From Heteronotia binoei (Eukaryota): a DNA stretch of 64,000 nt. Below, one piece after another: positions 22,103 to 34,057 of the stretch; the stretch's first letter is position 1, and each line of letters opens with the position of its first letter. Location: assembly GCF_032191835.1 (NCBI RefSeq), contig NC_083235.1, forward strand, positions 15,624,001-15,688,000. Reading direction: 5' to 3'. The notes under the pieces are model-generated. The model saw nothing but the letters and a program-made list of their open reading frames with translations. It was not told where the DNA came from and made no database searches. The translations under genes were made by a program, and so were the position numbers.

Positions 22103-25100
22103 TGATGTGTTAAAGGGCCAAACCATTGGATTATGCTATAGCCTCAATTCTCCACATTTCCCTGTTAAGGGGAAAATGCTATTGAAAGATTTCAAATCTG
22201 ACTCCACTGAGAACAAGAGAAAGAAATTTTACTTAAAAAATAGAAGCCCATCTTACATGGCACATTCATGTAGAGACATTTTGATTTATTGTGAATAGAT
22301 TAACTTCATAAAGGTTATCTTGCTATTGTTTGAAGCCCAGGTAAGAGAGAGAAGAAGAGAGGTCCCTTAAAAGATGACACAGAAGGCAAACAACAGTCAA
22401 AGAGACTGAGCATCTAACTGATGATTAGGTGGGGTCTACTGCCAAATGGGAGAATTCTCTTAACTCTTTTCCTCCCAGAGTCACAATTGAGAATGACACG
22501 TTTACACATCAATCTCCAATTTTGATATATTTATATGCTTCACTGTTTTCCTCCAGAATTAAATCCAAACAATGGTGACTTAATAAACTTAACTTGTTAT
22601 TCCTCTTTGCATTTGTTAAAATATCCTCATTATGTAGTATGCTAATTTGCTGTTCAGCCTCTGCCACCCCTGGTGGAGCCAACTCCTAGGCAATGTTAGA
22701 GCCTTGAAGGACCTTACCCAGTTCTGCAAGGCCTGTAAAACAACGTCATTTCGAATGGCCTTCAACCAAAATCTGTAAATGCCCAACACTTTTAAAGAAT
22801 GGCATGATGTTCGCACCAAACTGTTGTTTTAAAGCTGCACTAATAATTTTAAATTGTAACCTGTCTTAACTTCTAATGGGCATGATTGTGATTGTTTTTA
22901 TTGTTTTATTGTTAACATTATGATGCTGTTAGCCGCCCTGAGCCTGCTTCAACAGGGAGGGCGGGATATAAATGTGAAAAATAAATAGATAAATATATGT
23001 ATGGCCTGTAAATTCCATTTCATTGGAATTGAGGAAGTGTGTGTGCACACGAAAGCTCATACCTTGAATAAAACTTTGTTGGACTTAAAGGTGCTACTGG
23101 ACTCAAACTTTGTTCTAGAAAGTGTGGTTGGCAAGAGATGTTTTCTCCCCTTACAATGGCTATCAGCAGCTTTCCATGATTTCTATCCATGAAATGGCAC
23201 TGAGTGGGGGGAATTAATTCCCCTTGGCTGCTTTTCAGCCTTAAAAGAAAGCATTGGGAAACCAAGATGGGCCCAGTTTTTCCTGTCTATGGCAAGTGAA
23301 GCAAAAGTCCTTTGGACAGAGCTTCGTAGATGTTGCTTGCCTTTTGGTTGCATGGCAGAACATTGAACTTGTGGTGGTGGTGATGACCAGAATGCAGGGA
23401 TTAGCTGGAATCCTCTGCGAGATTAGGAGGTTGTAATACACACAGAGACACACTGGCCTTCTTGGGTTGGTTTTTTGAATTGAAATCACAGGAATTTCAG
23501 GATCTGGATGGTATATCCTTAGTTTTTTCTTGTTCAAATCCCCAGCTGCCTTGGAAATTCCTGGGTGTCCTGTTTTTCTGCCTTCAGCTGAACTTACTGC
23601 ACAGGTTTCTTGTTAAGACAATGTTGCTAAGACAATGGAGGAAGAAGGTTAGTCAGTGTTATACCCTGCCCTTCACTACTTGAAGGAGTCTCAAAATGGT
23701 TTACGATTACTTTCCCTTCCTCCCCTCCCCAAAGCCCACCCTCCTTAGGCTCCACCCCCAAAATCTCCAGGTATTTCCTAAGCCATAGCAGGCAGCCCTA
23801 CCACAGGCCCCTGTCTTCAGACAGGACCTTCTATCACTGCTCTCTTCTACCTTCTTCTTTAGCACTTTTCCCTCCACAGTCACCTGTCTGCGTAGGTCCC
23901 AGGGTGGAGTTGTGATTAGAGTCCCAGACTAGGATGTGTTACAAAGCCATTTTGTACCACTATTACCTCAGAATTTTTCTAATTTTTGTTCCTGAACATC
24001 ATCTTTTATCCACAAAACCATTACAGAATGGTACATTTGTGGTGAACTTTTCACAGGATTTTTGGTGGTTTCTTCACAACACGGGATGGCAAACAAGCCA
24101 ATTAAGAGCAAGAGCAATATTTTGTGTGGTTGGTTAGAGAAATGAACCTAGCCAGTTGTCCATTTACACAGTCAATTAGAATTGCCTATGTGCTGGCGTC
24201 ACTAAAGGCAAAGAAACTCAATACAGAACAAGGACACTTTTTCCAATGCTATAATATGTATATATATACACACAATCTCTATTACCTGCCCCTCCCACAA
24301 CAGACACCCTATGAGGTAGGAGGGGCTGGGAGATCTCTTACAGCAGCTGCCCTTTCAAGGAGAACTCCTATGAGAGCTATGGATGACTCAAGGCCATCCC
24401 AGCAGCTGCAAGTGGAGGAGTAGAAATCAATGAGTTCTCTCAGATAAGAGTCTGCACAGTTAACCACTACAGCAAATTCCCTAAATACAAATCAAAATCA
24501 CTTAATGCCCTAAATAAAAATAAATAAATAATAAAAAGTTGCAATGATGCTCTGGTTTGCTGAGCAGGACTGGAAGGGGTCCCCCCCACACACTCTGCTT
24601 TTATCCCCCTGGGAAATATGCATGGAGTTCACATTCAGACTAAACGTGCAAACATGTCTTAGGATGCAATTCAATGCATCGTGACCTGAGAGTAAAGACC
24701 ATTGAACGTCATAGGATCTTCTTCTGAATAGACAAGCATAGGATTGTACCAGTAGAATGCTTGGTAGCTCACTAATCTTACCAGGCAAGAGGTTGACATC
24801 CCTGAATCCAGAGTTAACCTTTTGATGGCATATTCATGATCCAAAATTTATTCCGGGGGTGGTGGGGTTCTAGGGAGCACATTGAGGCTATCATCCTGTG
24901 CTAAGTAACTCAGGACTTTATAGCCACTGTGAATATATATAGGCCTGGGTGACTCCACATGATGGTTGCTACATGATGGTGCTTAGTTGCCTAGAGTTTC
25001 ATGGGGAAATGCTGATCACCATGGCTTTTTTGGAAGAAAAAGCCCAGCAGGAGCTCATTTGTGTATTAGGCCACACCCCATGACATCACCATTGTTTCAC

Positions 25101-25787
25101 ACAGGGCTTTTTTTGTAGAAAAACTCATTTGCATATTAAGCCACACCTTGTGACACCCAGCCAGCCGGAACTGTATTCCTGCTAAAAAAAAAAGCCCTGC
25201 TGATCACCCACTCCCAAGAGAACATTCTCTCTCTTTCCCACTCTTGTTAGCAGCACTTCCCTTCAGAGCCTTCTTCCCCGCATTGGAAGCCAGAAACAAG
25301 ATGGTGTGGCTCATCCAAGTGTTTGGGATAGCTTGATTTTTACTGTTAGCCAGCATTTAGGCTATAAGATGTGTAGCTTTAGTTATGCCTGGGGCCCTCA
25401 AGTTCTGGCAAGCTTTGCTGTGCAGAGGCAGTCTAAACCAAGCAACTAGAGTTTGTTTCCTGCCTTGAAAGTCATATGGGGGAGGGGTCCCCTCCAAAAA
25501 ATTTGGCTGCGACTTCTAAGTATCTTCCGCAACCAGGCTTTTAAAGCTAAATGTGGATTACCCAGCAGTATGGTGGACTCAGTGATTTCAACCTCCTCCC
25601 TGCTATTGAAAGGCCTGGTGGGTTCCTTTGGAGAAAACAGCTCAATGGCATCAGACCCTGCTGAGGTTCTTCCCTTCTTCCTCCCTACCATGACACTACT
25701 TGTAGCATGGGTTCTAACCTTTGAGCTTCAGATAGGCATCCCTCCTGGCAACCAGCAGGGGATGCAGGGGACTTACAAGGAGAAAGA

Positions 25788-27541
25788 TTAGATTAGATTA
25801 GATTAGATAATTTTATTTATATCCCGCCCTCCCCGCCGGGGCAGGCTCAGGGCGGCTAACAGTAACAGTAACATTCCATTGTATAAAAACAAGGTTACAT
25901 TCAACATTAAAATTCTAATAGATTTAAAATTAATTACAGTTATAAAAGTGCTAATGCTATTGCTATTTGTTCTTTATTATGATGGCGGTATCATTAGTAC
26001 TTAATTTTCTACATCATCGAAAGCCAGTCGGAAGAGGAAAGTCTTGCAGGCCCTGCGGAATTGTTCAAGATCCCGCAGGGCCCGCATTTCCTCTGGAAGT
26101 TGGTTCCATAAGCTCGGGGCCACAGAGGAGAAGGCCCGATTGCGGGTGCATTGCAACTTCACCTCTCTTGGTCCGGGGATAGTCAGCAAGTTTTTTCCAG
26201 CTGACCTCAGTGCTCTCTGGGGTTCATATAGGGAGAGACGGTCCCTGAGGTAGACAGGTCCTCGACCATATAGGGCTTTAAAGGTAATGACCAGCACTTT
26301 GTAACGAACCCGGTATATAACTGGCAGCCAGTGCAGCTCGCGCAGCCCAGGCTGTATGTGCTCCCATTTAGGGAGCCCCAACAGTAGCCTGGCCGCTGCG
26401 TTCTGCACCAGCTGCAGCTTCCGGGTTCGGTACAGAGGCAGCCCCATGTAGAGGGCATTACAGTAATCCAGTCTCGAGGTGACCGTTGCGTGAAGTACCG
26501 TTGCCAGATCTTGGCGCTCTAGGAAGGGAGCCAACTGCCTTGCCCGCCTCAGGTGGAAGAAGGCTGACTTGGCAGTGGCTGCAATCTGGGCCTCCATTGA
26601 TAATGAAGGCTCCAGTAAAACTCCCAGACTCCTAACCCGGTGCGCCGCTTTCAGCGGCGCCCCGTCGAAGACCGGAAGAGGTGTTTCCCCTTCCCGGGCG
26701 CCCCGACCCAGACAAAGGACTTCTGTCTTCGCTGGGTTCAATTTCAGCCCGCTCCTCCTCAACCACATTGCCATATCCTGCAGGGCCCGGTCTAGATTCT
26801 CAGGGACGCAGTCAGGCCGGCCGTCCATTAGCAGATAGAGTTGGGTGTCATCTGCATATTGATGGCACCCAAGTCCGTATCTCCTGGCAATCTGGGCAAG
26901 AGGGCGCATGTAGATATTGAATAATATTGGTGAGAGAACTGCCCCCTGAGGCACTCCACAGTCCAGTGTGCGCCTCCGGGACCGCTCGCCACCAATTGCC
27001 ACCCTTTGTCCCCGATCCTCGAGGAAGGAGGAGAGCCATTGTAAGGCAGACCCCCTCACCCCTATATCGGCGAGGCGGCGGGTCAGTAGCCGATGGTCGA
27101 CCGTGTCGAACGCGGCCGACAGGTCTAACAACATCAGCACCGCCACACCGCCCCGATCCAGATGCCGTTGGAGATCGTCTACCAGGGCGACCAGTACTGT
27201 CTCCGTCCCATAGCCCGGGCGAAAGCCGGACTGGCAAGGGTCTAGGATGGAAGCGTCATCCAGAAAGCTCTGCAACTGCGACGCCACTGCCCTCTCAATT
27301 ATTTTACCTAAAAACGGTAAATTAGAGACCGGTCGGTAGTTTGCCAATTCGGCCGGATCTGCTGTAGTTTTTTTCAGGAGGGGTCGGACCAAAGCCTCTT
27401 TCAGGGATGATGGAAAACGCCCCTCTGAGAGGGATCTATTTATGATGTCCCGTAAAGGACATTCAAGCTCCCTCAGGCAAGATTTAATTAGCCAGGAGGG
27501 GCATGGGTCCAGATCGCAAGTTGTAGGGCGCGCAGAGGAGA
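25788..27541 (-). mobile_element. 5'-truncated L2-clade LINE (~1.75 kb), private to unit 3
   Basis: Uninterrupted RT reading frame; 3' hairpin then gggcgggatataaat and a (TCTAA)n tail; inserted into caaggagaaagagaaaggcc. Confidence 0.93.
26001..27392 (-). CDS. L2 reverse transcriptase and C-terminal domain (5'-truncated, open frame)
   Basis: YRPVSNLPFLGK, QSGFRPG, LLDLSAAFDTVDH, GVPQGAVLSP, YADD, RAFSSVAPSLWNQLP. Confidence 0.9.
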   Translation of the reverse strand: MVRPLLKKTTADPAELANYRPVSNLPFLGKIIERAVASQLQSFLDDASILDPCQSGFRPGYGTETVLVALVDDLQRHLDRGGVAVLMLLDLSAAFDTVDHRLLTRRLADIGVRGSALQWLSSFLEDRGQRVAIGGERSRRRTLDCGVPQGAVLSPILFNIYMRPLAQIARRYGLGCHQYADDTQLYLLMDGRPDCVPENLDRALQDMAMWLRRSGLKLNPAKTEVLCLGRGAREGETPLPVFDGAPLKAAHRVRSLGVLLEPSLSMEAQIAATAKSAFFHLRRARQLAPFLERQDLATVLHATVTSRLDYCNALYMGLPLYRTRKLQLVQNAAARLLLGLPKWEHIQPGLRELHWLPVIYRVRYKVLVITFKALYGRGPVYLRDRLSLYEPQRALRSAGKNLLTIPGPREVKLQCTRNRAFSSVAPSLWNQLPEEMRALRDLEQFRRACKTFLFRLAFDDVEN

Positions 27542-30281
27542 GAAGAGAAAGGCCTAGGCTTTGTCTCTGCCATTGATGATGTTATCAAGCCAGTGTAGGG
27601 CTGCCAAGTTCCCACCACGGGTGGGGGATCCTCTGGTTTGGTGGACCTTAACCCGCTGGCAGGGAGGAGGCTGCCGGAAGGATCCCCACCCCCAAAGAGT
27701 CCTGTCAGCCTGCAGCATGATGATGTCACCTGGAAGTGATATATTGTGGCAGCCACATTGTGCGGGTATGTTCTAGGAAATAATGGGAAATTGTGAGGTT
27801 CCTTCCAAATTGCTAGAGCATCCCTGTGCTAAACCATAGAGTTTTCAGCGATTTTCTAGAGCATCTCCATGAGACATGCCCAGCACAATACGTCACTTCC
27901 AGGTGACGTCATTGCACTGCATGTGCATGTTCCCACCAGCAGCCAGTGGGAACTTGGCAACCCTAACCTAGAGACATCCAGGCAACACTCTGGTATTTGG
28001 GTGAAAACTCTATGACAAAATAGTCTTCTGATTAGACTGGAATGTTTCTTCTTAGTCAGGCCCAGGGCTTTTTTTGAGGAGGAATGCACATGAACGCAGT
28101 TCCGACTAGCTTGGCATCAGGGGGTATGGCCTAATATGCAAATGAGCTCCTGCTGGGTGTTTTCTACAAAAAAGCCCTGCATGAAACAATGGTGACATCA
28201 GGGGGTGTGGCCTAATATGCAAATGAGCCCCTGTGCAAATAAAGCCCTGGTCAGACATAACTATGTTAACCCTTAAGGAGGTTACTTGAACATGCTTGTG
28301 GCCATTCCAACTAAAGCTGTGTCCCACAAGAGTGTTACTGTCCTGAAGGGTAGCTAGGGAGTATAGACTTGTAGCTATTCTGCATCCAGTGTCTGGCAAA
28401 TGTGTGTGTGTTTTTAAAGGAGTATATACTATAAACGGGCTAATTTGCAACGGCCTCTGGGGTTCTGTCTCAGAAGTATTCCTCTGGGTCACAGCCCTGA
28501 AAGATGCCAAGCCGTGAACAAAAGCTGATGGTGCCACCGTGCCACCCATTGTTTCATGCAATAGCAAACTGTTTGTCAGATCTGCTCAGCAGAAGACGAA
28601 GGCTTGTGTTCACCAGGAGGAAAAAGCCAAATATATTCCCTCCTTCCTGATCTCTCCGTGGGATGGTCCCGCCGTTCTTTGGCACCTGCAGACTCACAAA
28701 CTCTGCTGCTGCTGCAAACAGAAAGCATCTTTTTGGGTAGCATTTACCAACTGGGTAAGTAAGAGCCCTGCGTGCACCAGAAAATTCCTATCACCGATAA
28801 GCCCACTGAAGCCTCTTTATTACTTCTGTCAGGGGCACCCAGCAGGTCCCACTGAGTTTCTGGCTCCTACTCATGGAACCCCTCAACAACTTCCCAGACC
28901 CTGATAGCCTTGAGCAGTGCTCCCTCTCAGCTGAATTAGTGTGAGCCAACTCACAGATTTTTAGCCTCCAACTTACACATTTTTGTCTTAGCTCAGGAAG
29001 GATGACCCCAGAGCTCAATAATTTATGCTGTAGCTCTCAACTTTAATGCCAGTAACTCACAATTTTAATACCAGTAGCCAGGGGTGGAATTCTAGCAGGA
29101 GCTCCTTTGCATATTAGGCCACACACCCCTGATGTAGCCAATCCTCCAAGAACTTACAAGGCTCTTTTGCATAAACTCTTGAGGATTGGCTACATCAGGG
29201 GTGTGTGGCTTAATATGCAAAGGAGCTCCTGCTAGAATTCCATCCCTGCCAATAACTCACAAAGTAGAATTCTTGTTCACAAAACTCTGCAGCTTAGAGG
29301 GAACCTTGCTCCCAACTGCTGGTATTCCAAGGAGGTCCCCCATCCAAGTACTTGCGACAGTCGACCCTGCTTAGCTTCTGAGATCTGATGACATCGGGCT
29401 TGCCTGGGATATCCAGGTCCTCATGTCCTTTCTGATAGGTGTCTTCGGGAGGAGGAAGAGCCATGGGGGGAGGCAGAATGATGTCAGCACTCTAAAGGAA
29501 CCATCTCAGGGGGTCTGCATCCTGCACCTTCCTGGTTACACCTCCAGCAATCACATCCACCACTGTCGCAGTGTGATGGTCTTCCAGAAAAGGTGTGGCA
29601 GGATCTCCAGTTGCTTCATTTTGGTGGCAGTGTCTTCATTTGTCTCACACTATCTTTCTGATGTCTACTAAATTCAAGAGCTGATCACATAATAAGAAGT
29701 ACTGAAAATCAAGAAGAAAGCTGATCAATGGGTGGGTAGGTCGGGAAGGATTTCTGCTCTGCTTCTTGTGGTTGATACAGGCAATGTCCAGTATGTGGTT
29801 ATCATACATGAACACATGAAGCTGCCTTATACTGAACCAGACCATCGGTCCATCAAGGTCAGTCTCGTCTGCTCAGCCTGGTAGCTGCTTTCCAGGAGCC
29901 CAGAGAAAGGTCTTTCACATCATCTGCTACCTGTGTTGGTTTTTTGAATAAATGTGCAGAGTAAATAAGCAAACAGAGAACACCATGTGTGTTTGAGATT
30001 TAAAGAAAACTACCTTTATTAGAAATATATGAACATATGAAGCTGCCTTATACTGCATCAGACCCTCAGTCCATCAAAGTCAGTATTGTCTATTCAGACT
30101 GGCAGCAGCTCTCCAGGGTCTCAAGCTGATGTTTTTCACATCTATTTGCCTGGACCCTTTTTAGTTGGAGATGCTGATGATTGAATCCTGGGCCTTCTGC
30201 TTACCAAGCAGATGCTCTACCACTGAGCCGCCGTCCCTCCACATTTTGAAAAATAAGGAAGGGAAGGTACATAGGAAGAAG

Positions 30282-30432
30282 NNNNNNNNNNNNNNNNNNN
30301 NNNNNNNNNNNNNNNNNNNNNNNNNNNNNNNNNNNNNNNNNNNNNNNNNNNNNNNNNNNNNNNNNNNNNNNNNNNNNNNNNNNNNNNNNNNNNNNNNNNN
30401 NNNNNNNNNNNNNNNNNNNNNNNNNNNNNNNN
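30282..30432. other. Assembly gap (151 N)
   Basis: N run; the homologous position in other units is a short purine- or TTCC-rich tract. Confidence 0.99.
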
Positions 30433-31185
30433 GGATAGAAGAAAGGAAGGAGAAAGCAGAAGAGACAGCACCTGGTCTGGCTTCGAGTTGGCACCGATTG
30501 TTCCCTTTCTTTCCCTGGTGGGATCAATGCCTGGGAGAGGAAGGGGGGAAAGGTGCTGTTGCTTTCTTCTGCTGCCACCACCTTTCTGTCTGGCCAGCTT
30601 TTTCTCTGTCTTGTGCTGGAGCCTTCTGCCCCCATCTAACGCTTCCCCTCTTCCCTTAATTGATTGCCTGGCTTCTTCTTTGCCCCCACCCCATCACTAT
30701 TGGTGGCTGCCTTCGTATTAACCAAGATCCAGTTGAGGACAACGTAGCCTCCTCTTCTATTTTGAAAAACGTTTATCTACGAACCTCGGGATTTCCCTGG
30801 GCTTGGAGGATAATTACCTCATTCCATTGTGTGGCCCCATTGTGTGGAGTTTTTAAAAACAGAACTCAGAGGGAAATGTAGATTTATTTAAAAAAAGAAA
30901 TCCTGAATTCCTGATCCAGAGCCTCATAGTTCTGAATCTGAATTCTGACACTACATCTTGAGGCTGATATATGTATCTTGTGTGGCAGGAATAATGGATG
31001 CATCAGGGAGAAACACAGAGATGTGAGTCAAAGAGAGAATATGTCCTAGAAGGATTCTCCCATAGTTTGCTCATTGGGTAGCTTACCTTGATAATAGTGG
31101 GAGGGCGAAATGTGAATCTTGGGATTAATTAGCCATACTTGGCTTCAGGCCTCTAACTTTCTTGCAATTTCCTCACTTCAGCAGC

Positions 31186-32127
31186 ATGAGTCCAATGAAT
31201 CACAGGAACACAACTGAAGTTTCTGAGTTCCTCCTCCGAGGTTTTCCATTGCTGCTGGAGGTCCAAAGGCTTCTCTTCCCTCTCTTCCTTTCCATCTATC
31301 TGCTCATCCTCCTAGGAAACGTCACAATCATCCTGTTGATCCATTCTGACACACAGCTCCTCCAGACTCCCATGTACTTCCTGCTCAGCCACCTTGCCCT
31401 AGCTGACCTTGGTTTCACCTCCACCACCATCCCCAAGGCATTAGATAACCTGCTGTCTCAGAAGAAGACTATCTCCTACCGTGGTTGTCTGGCCCAGATG
31501 TATTTCTATATGTCTTTTGGCAATGCAGGCAGCTTCCTGCTGGCTTCCATGGCCTATGACCGCTATGTGGCTATTTGTTGCCCACTGCACTATTCCACCA
31601 TGATGAGCCACAGGCGTTGCCTTCAACTGGCCGCAGTGTCCTGGCTCCTCTCCATAATTGACTCACTGCTTTATACTGTTTTGCTATCCCGTGTTGAGTT
31701 CTGTGACCCTGAAGAGATCCCTCATTTCTTCTGTGACATTTACCCTGTTCTGGATGTCTCTTGCTCTGACACAAGCCTCATAGAAACACTTATGGTAACT
31801 GAGGGGACGGTGCAGATCCTGGGGCCGTTTGTACTGATTATCATTTCGTATATACTCATCTTTTATACCATCATGAAAATCCCATGTGCCATCGGGAAGC
31901 GCAAGGCTTTCTTTACATGCGGGTCCCACATTTGCGTGGTGGTCTTGTTCTACGGCACTGTAAGCTGGGTGTATTTAAAGCCAAATTCCAAGAAGTTAGA
32001 CCACCAGGACACGGTGGCAGCTGTTATGTATACCATAGTGACCCCCGTGTTGAATCCTTTCATCTACAGCCTCAGGAACACCGAGATGAAGGCAGCCATG
32101 AAGAAGATAATTAAGCGGCATTTTTGA
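31186..32127 (+). CDS. Olfactory receptor copy 4, 313 aa, intact (subtype B)
   Basis: OR motifs; ECL2 FFCDIYPVLDVSCSDT; KAFFTCGSH. Confidence 0.96.
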   Translation: MSPMNHRNTTEVSEFLLRGFPLLLEVQRLLFPLFLSIYLLILLGNVTIILLIHSDTQLLQTPMYFLLSHLALADLGFTSTTIPKALDNLLSQKKTISYRGCLAQMYFYMSFGNAGSFLLASMAYDRYVAICCPLHYSTMMSHRRCLQLAAVSWLLSIIDSLLYTVLLSRVEFCDPEEIPHFFCDIYPVLDVSCSDTSLIETLMVTEGTVQILGPFVLIIISYILIFYTIMKIPCAIGKRKAFFTCGSHICVVVLFYGTVSWVYLKPNSKKLDHQDTVAAVMYTIVTPVLNPFIYSLRNTEMKAAMKKIIKRHF

Positions 32128-32401
32128 TGATGTGTGTTATGTATTGAACATAAGATGTGTACCGCATGGTGATCGCTACTGAAGGCGACCCCAGGGTCCC
32201 CGGATGTAGCTCGCCAGACGCCCCGCCCATCAACATCTGTGGCAGGAAGTTTGACTGACCAGGATTGTCCTGGTCAGATGAGGGGGGCAGTTCCGGGTAA
32301 TGTATATAAGCGGGACCTGGCCCACGTGTTCTCTCTCTTGTGATGTGCTATTGAATAAACTATGTTGCCTTCAACCCGTCTTGGTTCTCAGTACATTACA
32401 A

Positions 32402-32419
32402 TGGTGACGAAGGTGGGAT
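32402..32419 (+). promoter_or_regulatory. Primer-binding site, tRNA-Ser(GCT)-like
   Basis: TGGTGACGAAGGTGGGAT directly after the LTR; 15/18 to TGGCGACGAGGATGGGAT, the complement of the vertebrate tRNA-Ser(GCT) 3' end as I recall it. Confidence 0.65.
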
Positions 32420-32514
32420 CCTAGCCAGCCCCCTCCTGAGGGGCTTTGTGGATCCGGTCGGAGACAACGAAGGCTAACCGGTTGGAGACCGACACGCCCA
32501 CCACCGCAGCCACC

Positions 32515-33582
32515 ATGGCTAACCAGAGCGGAACTATGGGCAGTCTTGAAGAGTTCAACACCGCTACTCTGGAGAGGTGGGAGACCTACACGGAGCAGGT
32601 CGCATGCTACCTTTGAGCAAACAGGATAATGGAGGATAGCCTAAAGAGAGACGTCCTCTTGAGCATCTGCGGAGAGGCCACGTTCGAGATCGCCAAGGGT
32701 CTCTTGGCCACCGCAAGGATCACGGAGAAGACGTACGAGAAGATACTCAGACTCCTCACCGGGCACTTCTTGCCCCAACCCTCACTCATCGCCCGCCGGT
32801 TCCTCTTCCACAAGAGGGACCAAGAGGTGGGAGAGACGGCAGCCGACTACCTGGCTGCCCTCCGCCAAATCGCGAGCAACTGCAGCTACGATAATCTAGA
32901 AGAGACCCTGAGGGACCGTTTCGCCTGGGGCCTGAGGGACGAAAGACTGCAACAAAAGCTCTTCGTGAGGGAAGAGCTCACCCTCCAGAGCGCCTTCAAC
33001 GAGGCCATTTTGTTCGAGTGGACCACGAAAACCTTCCCCAACACGAGGGCCGAAGCCGTCCATCAGGAAGAGATGGGCCCCAGCCAACCTGACGAAAAAG
33101 AGGCACTCCAGCTACTCCGCCAAGCAGGGGTGGGCCCACGAGTGACCCAACGGCCCCGAACGACTGAGAGACTGGCCGCCACCACATGCGCCAGCTGCGG
33201 AGACCGACACGAGCGACGGGACTGCCCCTACCGCAACGTGGTCTGTAGGAGCTGCGGCAAGATGGGCCACATTGCTAGGGCCTGCCGGGCCAAGGCCACC
33301 CGCTGCCGCCAGTCTACCAACCAGGAGTCGACCGGGGACTACTCGACCGCCTCGACCAGCGTGCAGGTAATGAACTTGCCCGACGATACCCCCCAAAAGG
33401 TCAAGGTCTCAGTCAGGATCGAGGGCAAACCCTGCCTGATGGAACTGGACTCGGGTTCCTCCATCTCCATAATATCAGAGGAATCCTTGAGGAAGCTGTG
33501 CCCACATGGCCGGCCCAGGCTGCGACCGGCATGCTTCGTGCTATGGGACTTTCAAAAGAACCCCGTTCAGATCCTGGGATAA
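32515..33582 (+). pseudogene. Gypsy gag-protease pseudogene
   Basis: gcagccaccATGG start; in-frame TGA at 32614; continues in frame into the 317-aa track ORF with CASCGDRHERRDC, CRSCGKMGHIARAC and MELDSGSSISII; ends at TAA 33582. Confidence 0.85.
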
Positions 33583-33856
33583 GCAATGGTGGGGGTGGAG
33601 TACAATGGGTTTAGGGATAAAAATTCAAAGACGATCTAACTCCACTGAGAACAAGAGAAAAAAATTTTACTTAAAAAAATAAAAGCCCATCTTACATGGC
33701 GTATTCATTTAGGGACATTTTGATTTATTGTGAATAGATTAACTTCATAAAGGGTATCTTGCTATTGATCCAAGCCCAGGTAAGAGAGAGAAGAAGAGAG
33801 GTCCCATAAAAGAAGACACAGAAGGCAAACAACAGTCAAAGAGATTCAGCATCTAA

Positions 33857-34057
33857 ATAATAATAATAATAATAAATTTTTATTTATATCCCGCCCTCTC
33901 CGCCGAGGCAGGCTCAGGGCGGCTCACAGGACATGGTACATACCATGATTACAATAAAATACAGTTAATACAATAAAATACAGTTAAAATACAATTAAAT
34001 TACAAATTCATAAATTAAGTTAAATAAATAATTTAAATCCAGTATAAATTGAAGGTG
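33857..34057 (-). mobile_element. L2 3'-tail fragment shared after OR4 and OR5 (second copy ~46690-46838, partly in the gap)
   Basis: Minus-strand gccgccctgagcctgcctcggcgg.gagggcgggatataaat plus (TTA)n at the same host position in both units; absent in the others. Confidence 0.8.

Larger units (their letters stand above)
32135..33618 (+). mobile_element. 3'-deleted Ty3/Gypsy LTR retrotransposon (5' LTR, PBS, gag-protease)
   Basis: LTR TG...CA 32135-32400 with tatataa (32303) and aataaa (32354); PBS; gag with two Cys/His knuckles; protease LDSG; no RT, integrase or 3' LTR. Confidence 0.88.
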
